A stretch of 63,495 nucleotides of DNA, the filler included, from Deltaproteobacteria bacterium (lineage in GTDB: Bacteria; JAEEML01), in assembly GCA_016283195.1 (NCBI GenBank). It is 7 parts of 7 records of this genome, joined end to end, with 100 filler letters (N's around TTAATTAATTAA, not from the genome) between each part and the next. Parts side by side here need not be neighbours in the genome. Positions count along the whole stretch, not along the records: positions 22,064 to 36,222 come from JAEEML010000159.1; positions 36,323 to 42,522 come from JAEEML010000160.1; 5 more parts are not named here. One strand, written 5' to 3'. The position numbers and the translations under genes were made by a program. The notes below the pieces were generated by a model. The model saw only the letters and a list, made by a program, of their open reading frames with translations. It was not told the origin of the DNA and did not search any database. Below are positions 27,737 to 38,074 of this stretch, piece by piece (the stretch's first letter is position 1; every line of letters begins with the position of its first letter).

Positions 27737-28639
27737 ATGGCAGAAGATTTATTTGGTAGTTTCGCAAATATCAGTTCTTTTAGTACCGCCGGTGCCGGTG
27801 GTGAAGCCGCTGACAGCTGGCTTATTAAGCAAGGCGGCATGGTGCTGGGGCCAATGCCCACCAGCGTGGTAAACAATAAGCTGCTTTCCGGTGAAATAAA
27901 GGTGGAGAGCCTGGCCGCCCCCGAAGGCAGCGACGAATTTGTGCCGCTTATGCAGCTTGCCGCTTTTAAAACCAAAGTAGTGGAAGCGCAAAAACTGGCC
28001 GCTGAGCGCAAAGCCAAAAAGAGCCGACGTAATACTATTTTAGCGGCTCTTATCGTGACCGTTCTGTTGGGCGGCGGTTCAGCCGCTGCTTATTTTCTTG
28101 GCCTCTTTCCCGTGGATGAACCACCGCCGCCGCCGGAGCCGCCAAAACCGGCTGTTACTTTGGCCGATGTGCCCACTTTGCAACTGGTGGCTTTGGTTGA
28201 TATCGAAAAAGCAGCCGAGAATATTAAGGTAAAAGAAGAAAAAGTGGTGCAGAAGAGCACTAAGACTGCCGGTAAGCGCAAAACTACCAAAGGCGGCTCC
28301 GGCGGCGGCAAAGCAGCTGATGCCGAAGAAGAAGTGGTGGCTGGTTGCCAATTGCCCACGCAAACCATTATCGGCATTGTGCAGCGGGCTTCCGGCAAGT
28401 GGGTTTCCTGTATTCAGCACCTCGCGGAAAATGAGCCGGATATGGTGCCTAAGCAGCTTGTTTTGAGCTTTACCGTTACCACCGATGGCAATCTCACCAA
28501 CTTCCAAGTGGGGAACCGCGAACTCAAAAAACACCCGGTGCGTAACTGCCTCTTTAAGCATTTCAGCGCTATGAAATTCCCGCCCTCCAAAGGCTCCAAC
28601 TGCACAGTTGATGACTGGGCTATCCCCTTGAAAAAATAA
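27737..28639 (+). CDS. GYF_2 domain - TM - Pro-rich - AgmX/PglI (TonB_C-like) domain protein, GltJ/AgmX-like
   Basis: WLIKQGGMVLGPM...GEI...FVPL (GYF_2); one TM; poly-Pro; SCI...LSFTVTTDG...NCL...MKFP. Confidence 0.7.
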   Translation: MAEDLFGSFANISSFSTAGAGGEAADSWLIKQGGMVLGPMPTSVVNNKLLSGEIKVESLAAPEGSDEFVPLMQLAAFKTKVVEAQKLAAERKAKKSRRNTILAALIVTVLLGGGSAAAYFLGLFPVDEPPPPPEPPKPAVTLADVPTLQLVALVDIEKAAENIKVKEEKVVQKSTKTAGKRKTTKGGSGGGKAADAEEEVVAGCQLPTQTIIGIVQRASGKWVSCIQHLAENEPDMVPKQLVLSFTVTTDGNLTNFQVGNRELKKHPVRNCLFKHFSAMKFPPSKGSNCTVDDWAIPLKK

Positions 28640-28796
28640 GGCCCTCACCCCCTAGCCCCCTCTCCATTTTCTGCGAAAATAGCGAGGGGAAACATATTGA
28701 ATATATATGAAAATTTATGAAATTCTTAATCCTCTCCATCGTTCAGATGGAGATGGTGGGCGCCGTAGGCGACCGGGTGAGGGAGCCTTTTTTTTT
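28640..28796. repeat. REP-like palindromic element between convergent genes, ending in a T run
   Basis: Outer arms ccctcaccc (28642-28650) / gggtgaggg (28775-28783); inner hairpins cccctctccattttc..gaaaatagcgagggg and tctccatc..gatggaga; AT-rich middle. Confidence 0.65.
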
Positions 28797-28800
28797 AAGC

Positions 28801-29643
28801 TTATTCGAAAACCACAGTTTTATTGGCAATAACAAAAACGCGATCGTCCATAACCAGAGAAATGGCTTTGGAGAGCACCAGCTTTTCCAAATCTTTGCCG
28901 GCGCGGGCCATATCGGTGGCGGAGAGGCGGTGAGTCACCGGGGCCACAGCCTGGTGAATAATTGGCCCTTCATCTAAGTTATCGGTGACAAAATGGGCGG
29001 TGGCACCAATAATTTTCACCCCGCGCTCATAGGCCTGGCGGTAAGGATTAGCGCCGATAAAAGCCGGCAAAAAGGAGTGGTGAATATTGATGATGCGATG
29101 CTTAAAAAGAGCAATAAATTCCGGCGGTAAAATACGCATATATTTGGTGAGTACCAGGTAATCCGGCGAGTATTTTTTAGCTATTTCAGCCATTTCCATG
29201 GCGTGAGCCAGCCGCTCTTTGCCCTCGTGTGGCACATAGTGAAAGGGAATATTAAATTTTTTCACCAAATCGCCCAGGTTTTCATAATTGGCAATCACTG
29301 CCTCGATGGTGGCATTGAGGTCGCCATAGCCGGCGCGAATCAAAAGGTCGCCCAGGCAGTGCGCCTCTTTGGTGGCCAGAATAACCAGCTTTTTTTTGCC
29401 CTTGGGGGCGAGACGCACATTGGCCGCAGCCGGCAGATTGGCCTCCAAATCGGCTAGGAGGTCGGCTGTATCGCCGCTGCCTTCAAAGGCGGTGCGCATA
29501 AAAAAGTGGCTGTGCTGCTCGTCCACAAACTGATGATTGCTCAAAATGTTAAAGTTACGTTTATAAAGAGCGGTGGTTATTTTGGCAATAAGCCCCACGG
29601 CATCCGGGGTGTCGATGAGTAAAATATGGGAATCGCTGTTCAT
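28801..29643 (-). CDS. purU: Formyltetrahydrofolate deformylase
   Basis: ACT domain; KEAHCLGDLL; INIHHSFLPAFIGANPY; GVKIIGATAH; LDEGPII. Confidence 0.96.
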   Translation of the reverse strand: MNSDSHILLIDTPDAVGLIAKITTALYKRNFNILSNHQFVDEQHSHFFMRTAFEGSGDTADLLADLEANLPAAANVRLAPKGKKKLVILATKEAHCLGDLLIRAGYGDLNATIEAVIANYENLGDLVKKFNIPFHYVPHEGKERLAHAMEMAEIAKKYSPDYLVLTKYMRILPPEFIALFKHRIINIHHSFLPAFIGANPYRQAYERGVKIIGATAHFVTDNLDEGPIIHQAVAPVTHRLSATDMARAGKDLEKLVLSKAISLVMDDRVFVIANKTVVFE

Positions 29644-30177
29644 TTATTCTCCTATAAATTTTTTATAATATTCGCAAGATTGCTGCACAAGTTCTGCTTT
29701 TGGCCGGCTGGCGTCCAAGGTAATATCAGCCAGGCTTTCATAGCAAAAAGCACGCTCGCCGTATAGTTTTTGAATAGTTTTTATATCTTGCCTTAATAGC
29801 GGCCGATCGTTACTTCCGGCCAGGCGCCTGAGGCATATTTCCAATGGGGCAGCTAGGTAAATTATATGAGTTTTTTCTTTTAATAAAGCAAAGTTATGCG
29901 GATCTACCGGCGTGCCGCCGCCCAAATCAATAACCTGCGGCGCTTGGGTGTTAAGTGCTTTTTTTAGCTCCTCGGCCTCGGCTATTCTGAATTTTTCTTC
30001 CCCATAGCGGAGAAAAATCTCATTTATATTAAGGCCAAGTCGCGCTTCAATCTCTTTATCACTACTAAAGAGTGGCAAGGATAATTCGGCGGCAGTAAGG
30101 GCGGCAATAGTGGATTTCCCCGCCCCCATAAAGCCGCAAAAGGCCAGATTATGAGTTTTCTTTTGCCCGCTCTGCAT
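29644..30177 (-). CDS. aroK: Shikimate kinase
   Basis: GFMGAGKST, GEEKFR..E, LGGG, RPLL. Start placed at ATG 30177. Confidence 0.93.
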   Translation of the reverse strand: MQSGQKKTHNLAFCGFMGAGKSTIAALTAAELSLPLFSSDKEIEARLGLNINEIFLRYGEEKFRIAEAEELKKALNTQAPQVIDLGGGTPVDPHNFALLKEKTHIIYLAAPLEICLRRLAGSNDRPLLRQDIKTIQKLYGERAFCYESLADITLDASRPKAELVQQSCEYYKKFIGE

Positions 30178-30191
30178 CTCGTCTTTGGCCG

Positions 30192-30998
30192 TTATTTCTT
30201 GGCGGTATTTTGAGACAAGGCAAATTTTACAAAACTTTCGGCGCTTATTTTCCATACATCGCCGCAACGCGGGCAGGTGACTTCCACATATTTGTCACCC
30301 ATAAAGAGCGCTTCGGCATCTTCATGATATTGGCCGTAAAGCATATTTAGAATCATTTCTTCGGTGCAGCCGCATTTAAAAGTATAATGGCGCTCCTCAA
30401 CGAGTTCCAGCGTATTGCCTTTAATATAATCGGCGGCGGCAGCTCTGGTGAGCCCCATAATCCACTCTTTTTTTACCAGCGGCAGCCCCTGGATAAAGGT
30501 AAATTCGCCGGTAGCTGTTTCAAAAAAGCGGGTGGGAATTTGCAAAGAGCGGTTAAAAAACTCCTCCATGGCGGCAATCATATCGCTGCTGTTTACTTCC
30601 ACCGCCGACATAGATGGGGCCATATAAGGCCGCGATATTTGTAAAAATACTTTACCGGCGCCGCTGCTGCTTGTTTTTACTTCTTCGGTAAAAACACGGC
30701 CGACGATAGTTTTGTCGCTGTTGGTGCCGGCGATGAAATAGTTGGCCAGCGGGTTTTGCATATTGATAGTCCAAGCCGAAAAAAGGTCCGGCGGCTGACT
30801 GGCCAGATGTAGCAGTGCAGCCGAAAGCGCTACTTCCATATTGGCTTCGATTACGGGGTCGATATTTTGCCCCAGACTCAGGCGGTGAGCGCGGTAAGCT
30901 TCAAAGAGAGCATTAAGCTGTCCAAAGACCACAACTGCTTCGTTTTGGCGGTCAACGTAAACATTCACATCAGTGGTTACAGAATTATTTTCCTTCAT
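30192..30998 (-). CDS. hslO: Hsp33 family redox-regulated chaperone (divergent)
   Basis: C-terminal FKCGC...EVTCPRCG zinc motif; FFNRSLQIPT resembles the Hsp33 SEQ.PT motif. Confidence 0.75.
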   Translation of the reverse strand: MKENNSVTTDVNVYVDRQNEAVVVFGQLNALFEAYRAHRLSLGQNIDPVIEANMEVALSAALLHLASQPPDLFSAWTINMQNPLANYFIAGTNSDKTIVGRVFTEEVKTSSSGAGKVFLQISRPYMAPSMSAVEVNSSDMIAAMEEFFNRSLQIPTRFFETATGEFTFIQGLPLVKKEWIMGLTRAAAADYIKGNTLELVEERHYTFKCGCTEEMILNMLYGQYHEDAEALFMGDKYVEVTCPRCGDVWKISAESFVKFALSQNTAKK

Positions 30999-31177
30999 TT
31001 TGCTCCTCAAAGGCTATAAAAATAGCCAGAGGCACTCTAAATATTGTAAACATAAATTGCAATAGAAAGCGGGTGCCAAGGCGCCTGGTTTAATAGATGC
31101 AATAAAACGTTGTAGTTAAATTTAGGCTGTGGTAGGTTTGGCCGGATTTTGATCTTGATTCCCTTTGGAGCAAGCAA

Positions 31178-33424
31178 ATGATTAGAGTAATAGTTGAGGA
31201 CGATCAAGGAAAACGCGAAGAGTTTTCGTTTAATGTTAACGAGGTCCTCATAGGCCGTCAGGCCGATTGCCAGGTGCGGCTTGGTGAACGCAATATATCG
31301 CGCCACCATGTCAGAGTCTTTCAAAAGGGTGATGCCACTTTTCTGGAAGATCTGAATAGTTATAACGGTGTCTTTGTAAACGGCGAACGCGCTATTGGTT
31401 GCAAAAATCTAAAAGCCAAAGACATTGTTGAAATAGGCGATTACCAGGTTGAGATAAGCGCTTCCGGAATGGCCGCTTTGCAAGAAGAGAGCACCTTGGC
31501 TTATGGTAATCCGCTGGACCCCAGTGAAGCTGTTACTTTGGCCGGCACTTCCTATCCCAGCGAAGATACTGACAGTGAGCAGACTATCCCGGATGGCGAA
31601 GTTGAAGATTATGCCCGCAATGAACCATCTACTCCCAAACTGCCGGGTGGCGGAATTCGCGGGCGACAGGCCGTTACGGCTAATCCACTGCCTTTGACTG
31701 CCACACCGACTGTTAAAGAGAGTCCGGTTCGTGATCGCGATTTAGCCGAAGCACTGCGCAATGTTAAAGACGATCCGGTGGAAGAAGGGCCGCGCCATGA
31801 GCCTACGGCACTGATTCGTCTTGATCAGATTGATTTGAGCTCTCTTGGCGGAAAAGCCGGGCAAATTCAGAGCGATAAACAGCCTAAACTGCTTTGCGTC
31901 AGCACTAATTTGGCCGGTACTGAATTTTTAGCTCAAAAGAGCGAGAATATTATCGGGCGCATTGAAGAAGGCAATGATATTATTATCAATCACCGCTCTA
32001 TTTCCAAGCACCATGCCAAGCTGACTATCAGCGGCACAACCTATCGCGTGGCCGATTTAAAGAGTGCCAATGGTACGCTGGTGAATGGTGAAGAATACGC
32101 CCAAACTATTTTGCACCATGGTGATTTGCTGGAACTTGGCCATGTAAAGTTGCGTTTTATTACTCCCGGTCGTGCTTACCAGCCGACTCCCGATGAGCGC
32201 GAGGCTATCAATCTGGCGCAAAATGGCGGCGCTTCCTCTTCCTCACTTAGCGATTCACGCCGCGGAGCTGCCGACCTTGCCGAAGAAGATCGTTTCTCCG
32301 GCGGAGATTTTGGCGCTACCGCTCGCCACGATACTAAGCCTGATGGCGGTGGTAAATCTATGACCGCTATTGTAGGCGTTATGGCCGGTTTGATGCTCAT
32401 TGCCATGGTGGTGGTGATAGTCATTCTGCTTATGGACCGCCAGGAAACCCGTGGTTCTATTGTTTCCGCTCAAGGAACGGAACAGCCGGCCGGCGGAGTT
32501 GCTCCGGTAGCAGCCGGGATGGCCGGTAAATCTCCTGAATCAGTAGCACTTTTCCAAAAAGCTCTGGCGGCTTATAATAGCCGTAATTTCCAAGATGCTA
32601 TGACTTTAGTCAATACCGTCCTCACTTTAACTCCCGATTATCAAGAGGCGGCCAATTTAAAGAATCAGCTCATTATTGAAAATAAAGCCGAAGAGGTGCT
32701 GGCCAGCGTTAAAAAAGCGATGGAAGCGAAAAAGTATCTTGAGGCCGATAGGTTGCTAAATGATGTGCCGGTTAATGCTTCTTCTTATTCACAAGTTGGC
32801 GAGTTGCGCCCGCGTATCCGCGCCGGTATAATCGATAATCTCTATGAGCGCGGTATTAATGCCCTTGGCGACGGAGATGTGGCTAGAGCAGGTGAAATAG
32901 CTAATAAAATCGGTGCATTAGATCCAAATGCCCCGCAGCTTGGCGAGCTTAGAGATCAAATAGCCATGGCTAAGCAAAATGCCAGTGAAGAAGCTGAGAC
33001 CGAGCATGTGGCTGTTGCCCAACAGCAGCGCAAGCCGGCTAAAACGGCGCCCAAAAGTGCAAGTGAGCCTAAGCCGACTCCCGCTAAACAGACAGCGCCT
33101 AAAAATGAGCCCAAAGCTACTCCTGCTCCTGCTCCGGCTACTCCTGCTCCGGCTGCTGCCAGCAGTAACCCCAAAGAGCTTTATCAACAAGCCAGTAAGC
33201 AGCTTTTGCAAGGAAATTTCAGCGCGGCTATCAGCACTTTTGAAAATTGCATTCAGATTGATAACAAAGCCTGTTATTGCTACCGCGGCCTTGGTATTGC
33301 TTATGCCAAATACCGTGATAGCGCTAAAGCAGTAAAATATTATAAGCGCTATTTATCATGTAATCCAAATGCTCCTGATGCAGCTCAAGTTACTAAGATT
33401 ATTCAACAATATGAAGCCAAGTAA
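31178..33424 (+). CDS. Double FHA domain - TM - periplasmic TPR protein
   Basis: IGRQ...ISRHH...SYNG and IGRI...ISKHH...SANG FHA motifs; TM; TPRs ending YRGLGIAY...YKRYL..NP. Confidence 0.88.
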   Translation: MIRVIVEDDQGKREEFSFNVNEVLIGRQADCQVRLGERNISRHHVRVFQKGDATFLEDLNSYNGVFVNGERAIGCKNLKAKDIVEIGDYQVEISASGMAALQEESTLAYGNPLDPSEAVTLAGTSYPSEDTDSEQTIPDGEVEDYARNEPSTPKLPGGGIRGRQAVTANPLPLTATPTVKESPVRDRDLAEALRNVKDDPVEEGPRHEPTALIRLDQIDLSSLGGKAGQIQSDKQPKLLCVSTNLAGTEFLAQKSENIIGRIEEGNDIIINHRSISKHHAKLTISGTTYRVADLKSANGTLVNGEEYAQTILHHGDLLELGHVKLRFITPGRAYQPTPDEREAINLAQNGGASSSSLSDSRRGAADLAEEDRFSGGDFGATARHDTKPDGGGKSMTAIVGVMAGLMLIAMVVVIVILLMDRQETRGSIVSAQGTEQPAGGVAPVAAGMAGKSPESVALFQKALAAYNSRNFQDAMTLVNTVLTLTPDYQEAANLKNQLIIENKAEEVLASVKKAMEAKKYLEADRLLNDVPVNASSYSQVGELRPRIRAGIIDNLYERGINALGDGDVARAGEIANKIGALDPNAPQLGELRDQIAMAKQNASEEAETEHVAVAQQQRKPAKTAPKSASEPKPTPAKQTAPKNEPKATPAPAPATPAPAAASSNPKELYQQASKQLLQGNFSAAISTFENCIQIDNKACYCYRGLGIAYAKYRDSAKAVKYYKRYLSCNPNAPDAAQVTKIIQQYEAK

Positions 33425-34782
33425 TGATGCTTCCCCAAAGTCAGATCTTCTCTGTTGAGCAGATTTCCAAAAGTGTAAGAGAGCTTCTTGAAGCGGCCTT
33501 TGCCTCTATTGCCGTGCGCGGTGAATTAAAAGAGGCCAAAGTAGCCGGAGCCGGCGGCCATATTTACGGTAAACTGACCGACGGAAAAAATAATTTAACG
33601 ATTGTTATCTGGCGCCAAAATTGGCAGAAAATGGCTGTGCGCCCTGAGGAATATGTAAAGCAAGAGGTGGTGATGCGCGGTTACCTCTCTTCCTTTCCCG
33701 GGCGCAATGAAGTGCAGCTTATTGTTACTTCAATAGCTCCTCTGGGGGCCGGCACAAAGCTTTTGGAGCTGGAACAATTAAAGCAAAAACTGGCTGAGGA
33801 GGGGCTTTTTGATCCGGAGCGCAAAAGGCCTTTGCCGCCGTTTCCTAAAAATATAGCTGTCATAACCAGCGAAACCGGAGCGGCGGTGCACGATATTTAT
33901 GCTGTTTGGAAAAAACGTTACCCGCTGCTAAATGTGTGGGTCTTTCCGGCTCAAGTTCAGGGGCTTTTGGCCCCGGCCTCGATTTTGCGGGCTCTGCGTT
34001 TAGTGCAAGAGAGCCTTGAAAAGCTCGCTCTCGATCTTTTGATAATCGGGCGCGGAGGCGGAGCCAGCGAGGATTTGAGCGCTTTTAATGACGAAAAAGT
34101 TGTGCGGGCAGCGGCCGCTATGCCGATTCCGTTTATTAGCGCTGTCGGTCACCAGATAAATTCCACTCTGCTTGATTATGTAGCCGATGTGCAGGCTACC
34201 ACGCCGACAGATGCGGCTGTAAAAGCTGTGCCCGATCTTAAAGAGCTTAAGCGATTTTTAAATGTCAGTGAAAACCGCTTTAATATGTCCATTGAGCTTT
34301 TGCTGCGCAGGGAAAAAGAAAAATATAATTATTTTGAGATGATGCTCAAAGAGAGTATGCGTAGTCTGCTCTCTCTTAAAGGGCAAAATCTGGATATGCA
34401 GGCCGATCTTCTGGCTGATAAGAATCCATCTGTTACTTTGTGGAAAAACCGGGCTCTTTATGCCGAGTATGCCGCCGGTTTGCGGCAAAATGCCGAAAGT
34501 CTTTTGGCTAAAAAGAACGAAAATTTAAAGGCGCAAAAATTGCTGCTCGAGGCCGGTTTTTCGGCATTTTTAAAGGCGAAAACCAATGAAGTGGCAACTT
34601 ATGAGCGGCGTCTCTCCGATCTTTCTCCGAGCCGTGTTTTGGAGCGCGGCTATGCCATTGTTTTGGATAAAGCCGGTCATCAGTTGACTCTGGAGCGGGC
34701 CAAAGTCGGCGGAGAAATGGATATTTTGCTTAATGGTGGCCATATTGCCGCTACGATAGATAAAATTGTAAATAATAACTGA
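33424..34782 (+). CDS. xseA: Exodeoxyribonuclease VII large subunit
   Basis: GHIY, EGLFD, VITSETGAAVHD, GRGGG..EDL..FNDE, SAVGH, TPT, LERGY. Confidence 0.95.
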   Translation: MMLPQSQIFSVEQISKSVRELLEAAFASIAVRGELKEAKVAGAGGHIYGKLTDGKNNLTIVIWRQNWQKMAVRPEEYVKQEVVMRGYLSSFPGRNEVQLIVTSIAPLGAGTKLLELEQLKQKLAEEGLFDPERKRPLPPFPKNIAVITSETGAAVHDIYAVWKKRYPLLNVWVFPAQVQGLLAPASILRALRLVQESLEKLALDLLIIGRGGGASEDLSAFNDEKVVRAAAAMPIPFISAVGHQINSTLLDYVADVQATTPTDAAVKAVPDLKELKRFLNVSENRFNMSIELLLRREKEKYNYFEMMLKESMRSLLSLKGQNLDMQADLLADKNPSVTLWKNRALYAEYAAGLRQNAESLLAKKNENLKAQKLLLEAGFSAFLKAKTNEVATYERRLSDLSPSRVLERGYAIVLDKAGHQLTLERAKVGGEMDILLNGGHIAATIDKIVNNN

Positions 34783-34796
34783 TGCATAGGTGAAAA

Positions 34797-35027
34797 ATGA
34801 TTGAAGAAGCACAAGTAATTGAAGTCATTGCTAAAATATTAAAAGTTGACCAAGCGAGAATTGTTCCTGAAGCCGCTTTTACCCGTGATTTGGGAGCCGA
34901 TTCGCTCACTATGGTGGAACTGGTTTTGGCTTTTGAACAAGAATTTGGCATTACCGTGCCCGATGATGAAGTTGGCGAAATTGTGACGGTGGCCGATGCC
35001 GTAGAATACGCTAAAAAGCACAGCTAA
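34797..35027 (+). CDS. acpP: Acyl carrier protein
   Basis: DLGADSL..VELVLAFEQEFGI.VPD phosphopantetheine motif. Confidence 0.95.
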   Translation: MIEEAQVIEVIAKILKVDQARIVPEAAFTRDLGADSLTMVELVLAFEQEFGITVPDDEVGEIVTVADAVEYAKKHS

Positions 35028-35041
35028 TTAGGTGAAAAATT

Positions 35042-36222
35042 ATGAATTTTAGTCATTTGAGAGAAGGGGATCCGGAAGTTTTTGCTGCTATATGCGGTGA
35101 GTTTAAGCGCCAAAATGAAGGCCTTGAGCTCATTGCCAGCGAGAATTTTACCAGCTTAGCCGTGATGGAAGCTGCCGGCTCTATTATGACCAATAAATAT
35201 GCCGAGGGTATTCCTGGCAAGCGTTATTATGGCGGTTGCGAATTTGTTGATAAAAGCGAAAGGCTGGCTATAGAGCGGGCTAAAGAGCTTTTTGGTGCCG
35301 AACATGCCAATGTGCAGCCTCATTCAGGCACGCAAGCCAATATGGCCGTTTATTTTAACGAGCTTGAGCCTGGCGATACTATTTTGGCGATGGATCTCAA
35401 TAGCGGCGGTCATTTGACTCATGGTTCGCCGGTGAATTTTTCCGGCCGCTATTATCATGTGGTGCCTTACGGTTTGCGTAAGGAAGATGATCGCATCGAT
35501 TATGATCAAGTAGCTGTTTTGGCAAAAGAACACCATCCCAAGCTGATTGTTGCCGGCGCCAGTGCCTATCCGCGGGCCATAGATTTTGCCAAATTTGGGG
35601 AAATCGCGCGGGAAAATGGGGCCAAACTTATGGTGGATATGGCGCATATTGCCGGCTTGGTGGCTGCTAAAATACATCAAAATCCGGTGCCTTATGCCGA
35701 TTATGTCACCACGACCACTCATAAGACTCTGCGCGGGCCGCGCGGCGGACTCATTTTGACCCGAGCGGAGAATGCCAAAACCATAGATAGCCGTGTTTGT
35801 CCGACAACCCAGGGCGGGCCGCTTTGTCATATAATTGCGGCCAAAGCAGTGGCTCTTAAAGAAGCCATGAGTGAGAGCTTTGCCACTTATCAAAAGCAAA
35901 TTGTGAAAAATGCCCGGGCTTTGGCCGAGGAGCTCCTGAAAAACGATTTTACGCTTGTTAGCGGCGGCACCGATAATCACCTTATTCTGGTTGATTTACG
36001 CTCCAAGCATTTAACAGGAAAAGTCGCCGAGAAAGCGCTTGGTATAGCCGGCCTCACAGTAAATAAAAACATGATTCCCGGTGACCCAGAAAAGCCCCTG
36101 GTGACGAGCGGTATTCGTCTTGGCACCCCGGCTCTGACCACTCGCGGCATGAAAGAGGGTGAAATGGCGCTTATCGGCCGCCTTATGGCCAAGGCTCTGG
36201 CTGCTCCGCAAGATGAAGAGAA
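35042..36222 (+). CDS. glyA: Serine hydroxymethyltransferase (3' truncated)
   Basis: [41 protein letters not shown]. Confidence 0.98.
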
Positions 36223-36322
36223 NNNNNNNNNNNNNNNNNNNNNNNNNNNNNNNNNNNNNNNNNNNNTTAATTAATTAANNNNNNNNNNNNNNNNNNNNNN
36301 NNNNNNNNNNNNNNNNNNNNNN
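36223..36322. other. Artificial contig linker
   Basis: N44-TTAATTAATTAA-N44. Confidence 0.98.
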
Positions 36323-36862
36323 GTCATAATCGCCCACGCTATAGCCCTCGCCATACCATGGATTCATGTATGAGACGATGTTTGTTTCCGTGTCGTAGCC
36401 GTAAACAACGAGAAAATGGCCGCCGCCGCTTGTCCAGCCCCAGCGAAAGATAAATGGGCGATAAGCAGCTAAATATTTGGCCACATCATTTTGGGAAATT
36501 GAGGAGCTTTTACTAAAACTGCTTACTTCGTAAAAATTTAATAAATTAACTATGTTGGTAACGGTATTGGTTTTATTGCAGGAGCAAGTGTCGGCTGAAG
36601 AGCTTACTGTATAAGTTGTGGCACAGGCTGCGCAGCAATTTTCTGTGCCCATGTCATTGTAATGATAGTTGGTGCGGGCTTTTTCCGCCACCTGGCATTG
36701 GGAAATATCAAAGCCGTAATAGGTTAGTATTGCATGCGTGGTTGCCGCCCAGCACCATTGATTATGTTCCTGCGTAATTTCCGGCACCGCCAGAAGGTAT
36801 GATTCGGCTTTAGCTTCTCTTGCCAGCAGCAGGGCAAATATGAGCAAAATTGCCCGTTTCAT
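36323..36862 (-). CDS. Secreted papain-like cysteine peptidase (C39-like/C70), 3' truncated
   Basis: Signal peptide; QEHNQWCWAA, GGHFLVVYGYD and MNPW catalytic motifs. Confidence 0.8.
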
Positions 36863-37554
36863 GGCCTAGGCTCCTTGGTTATGGTGCGGGCTTTTTCTCT
36901 CAAGGCACTTATGGCAATGGTTTCCGGTAGGGCACTTTTATTGGCCGTAGCTCTCGCGGTTTTTAGCTCCATAACGCGCTCCGAAGGTGAAAGCAAAGCG
37001 GATCCCATTGCGCCTATGTAGTCTTCGTTTAAGTCATAACTCCTTAAAATATAAAAATATTTTTTCTTAAAAGCCTTTTCGGCAAGAGGCAGATTTTCTT
37101 GCAATTTTTGGGCTAGTTCCATCGCTCCCAAAGAGACAATTTTTAGCTCGCCGTTTTGTTCTTCCACAGTTATCAAAAGGCGCATCTTGCCGTTTTTTAT
37201 CAGTGGAACGCGCCAAATATGTTGTTCTATGAGAGAGCTTTCGTCCTCCGTCCCCAGTGCGACCATCGGCCACGGTGTGCCGAGGGCACTTTGCAAAAGG
37301 TCGTCTTTATCTTTAAAACCAAAGCGCCCGATGATGGCCGGCCGCAACTTGGCAGCAAAGTCAGGCCAATTTTTTTGCGTAAAAAGCAAAATTCTCTCCA
37401 AAGAAGCGGTATTCAGCTCGGCGTAGAGCGGCTCTTCCTGCTCTGCTTTGTAAGCCTGTGCGGCCGGGTCCTCTGCCTCTTTGGGCGCTTCACAGGCAGC
37501 TAAAAACAGGCAAAACGAGCAGGTATAAATTGGGCGAATCAGGCGTTTTTTCAT
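36859..37554 (-). CDS. Lipoprotein coupled to the peptidase
   Basis: Lipobox FLAAC; GAGG RBS; ATGA overlap with the peptidase start. Confidence 0.7.
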   Translation of the reverse strand: MKKRLIRPIYTCSFCLFLAACEAPKEAEDPAAQAYKAEQEEPLYAELNTASLERILLFTQKNWPDFAAKLRPAIIGRFGFKDKDDLLQSALGTPWPMVALGTEDESSLIEQHIWRVPLIKNGKMRLLITVEEQNGELKIVSLGAMELAQKLQENLPLAEKAFKKKYFYILRSYDLNEDYIGAMGSALLSPSERVMELKTARATANKSALPETIAISALREKARTITKEPRP

Positions 37555-37668
37555 CCGGCACCTCGCGCGCGCGATTTTAAACTACTTTGAGCTAATTGTG
37601 AAGGTGAAGAAAGCGGATGAGCGGCAATAAATTAGTAGTTTTTTGCGCAAACATTTTGCATAAAGGCG

Positions 37669-38073
37669 CTATTCTTCCTCAGTGGCCAGAGCCAATTTGT
37701 TAAAGCCATAAGTGCGGGCAATATCGAGTATTTTAATAACTACGCCATGTTTTGCCGTCTCATCGGCTTGAATAATCACCGCTGCTCCCGGGCGCTCGCT
37801 CTGGTAAAGAGCAAATTTTTCTTTGATTTCATCGAGAGAAAACTGCTTTGATTCATGGATGATAGAGCCATCGGCTGCCACCACGATGATGATAGAATCA
37901 TTAGGCGGCAAAACTTCACCGCTGGCCGCTTTGGGCAAATCAACTTCAATGCCGGGGTTGCTGGCAAAGGTGGTGGTTAAAACAAAAAAGATTAAGAGCA
38001 GAAAAACCACATCCAAAAGAGGTGTCATGTCCAGGCTTAGTGAGCTATTTTTTCCTTGTTCACCGATATTCAT
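37669..38073 (-). CDS. exbD: ExbD/TolR biopolymer transport protein
   Basis: DMTPLLDVVFLLLIFFVL, LPKA, IQAD...HG.V..ILD. Start placed at ATG 38073. Confidence 0.9.
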   Translation of the reverse strand: MNIGEQGKNSSLSLDMTPLLDVVFLLLIFFVLTTTFASNPGIEVDLPKAASGEVLPPNDSIIIVVAADGSIIHESKQFSLDEIKEKFALYQSERPGAAVIIQADETAKHGVVIKILDIARTYGFNKLALATEEE

Positions 38074-38074
38074 C

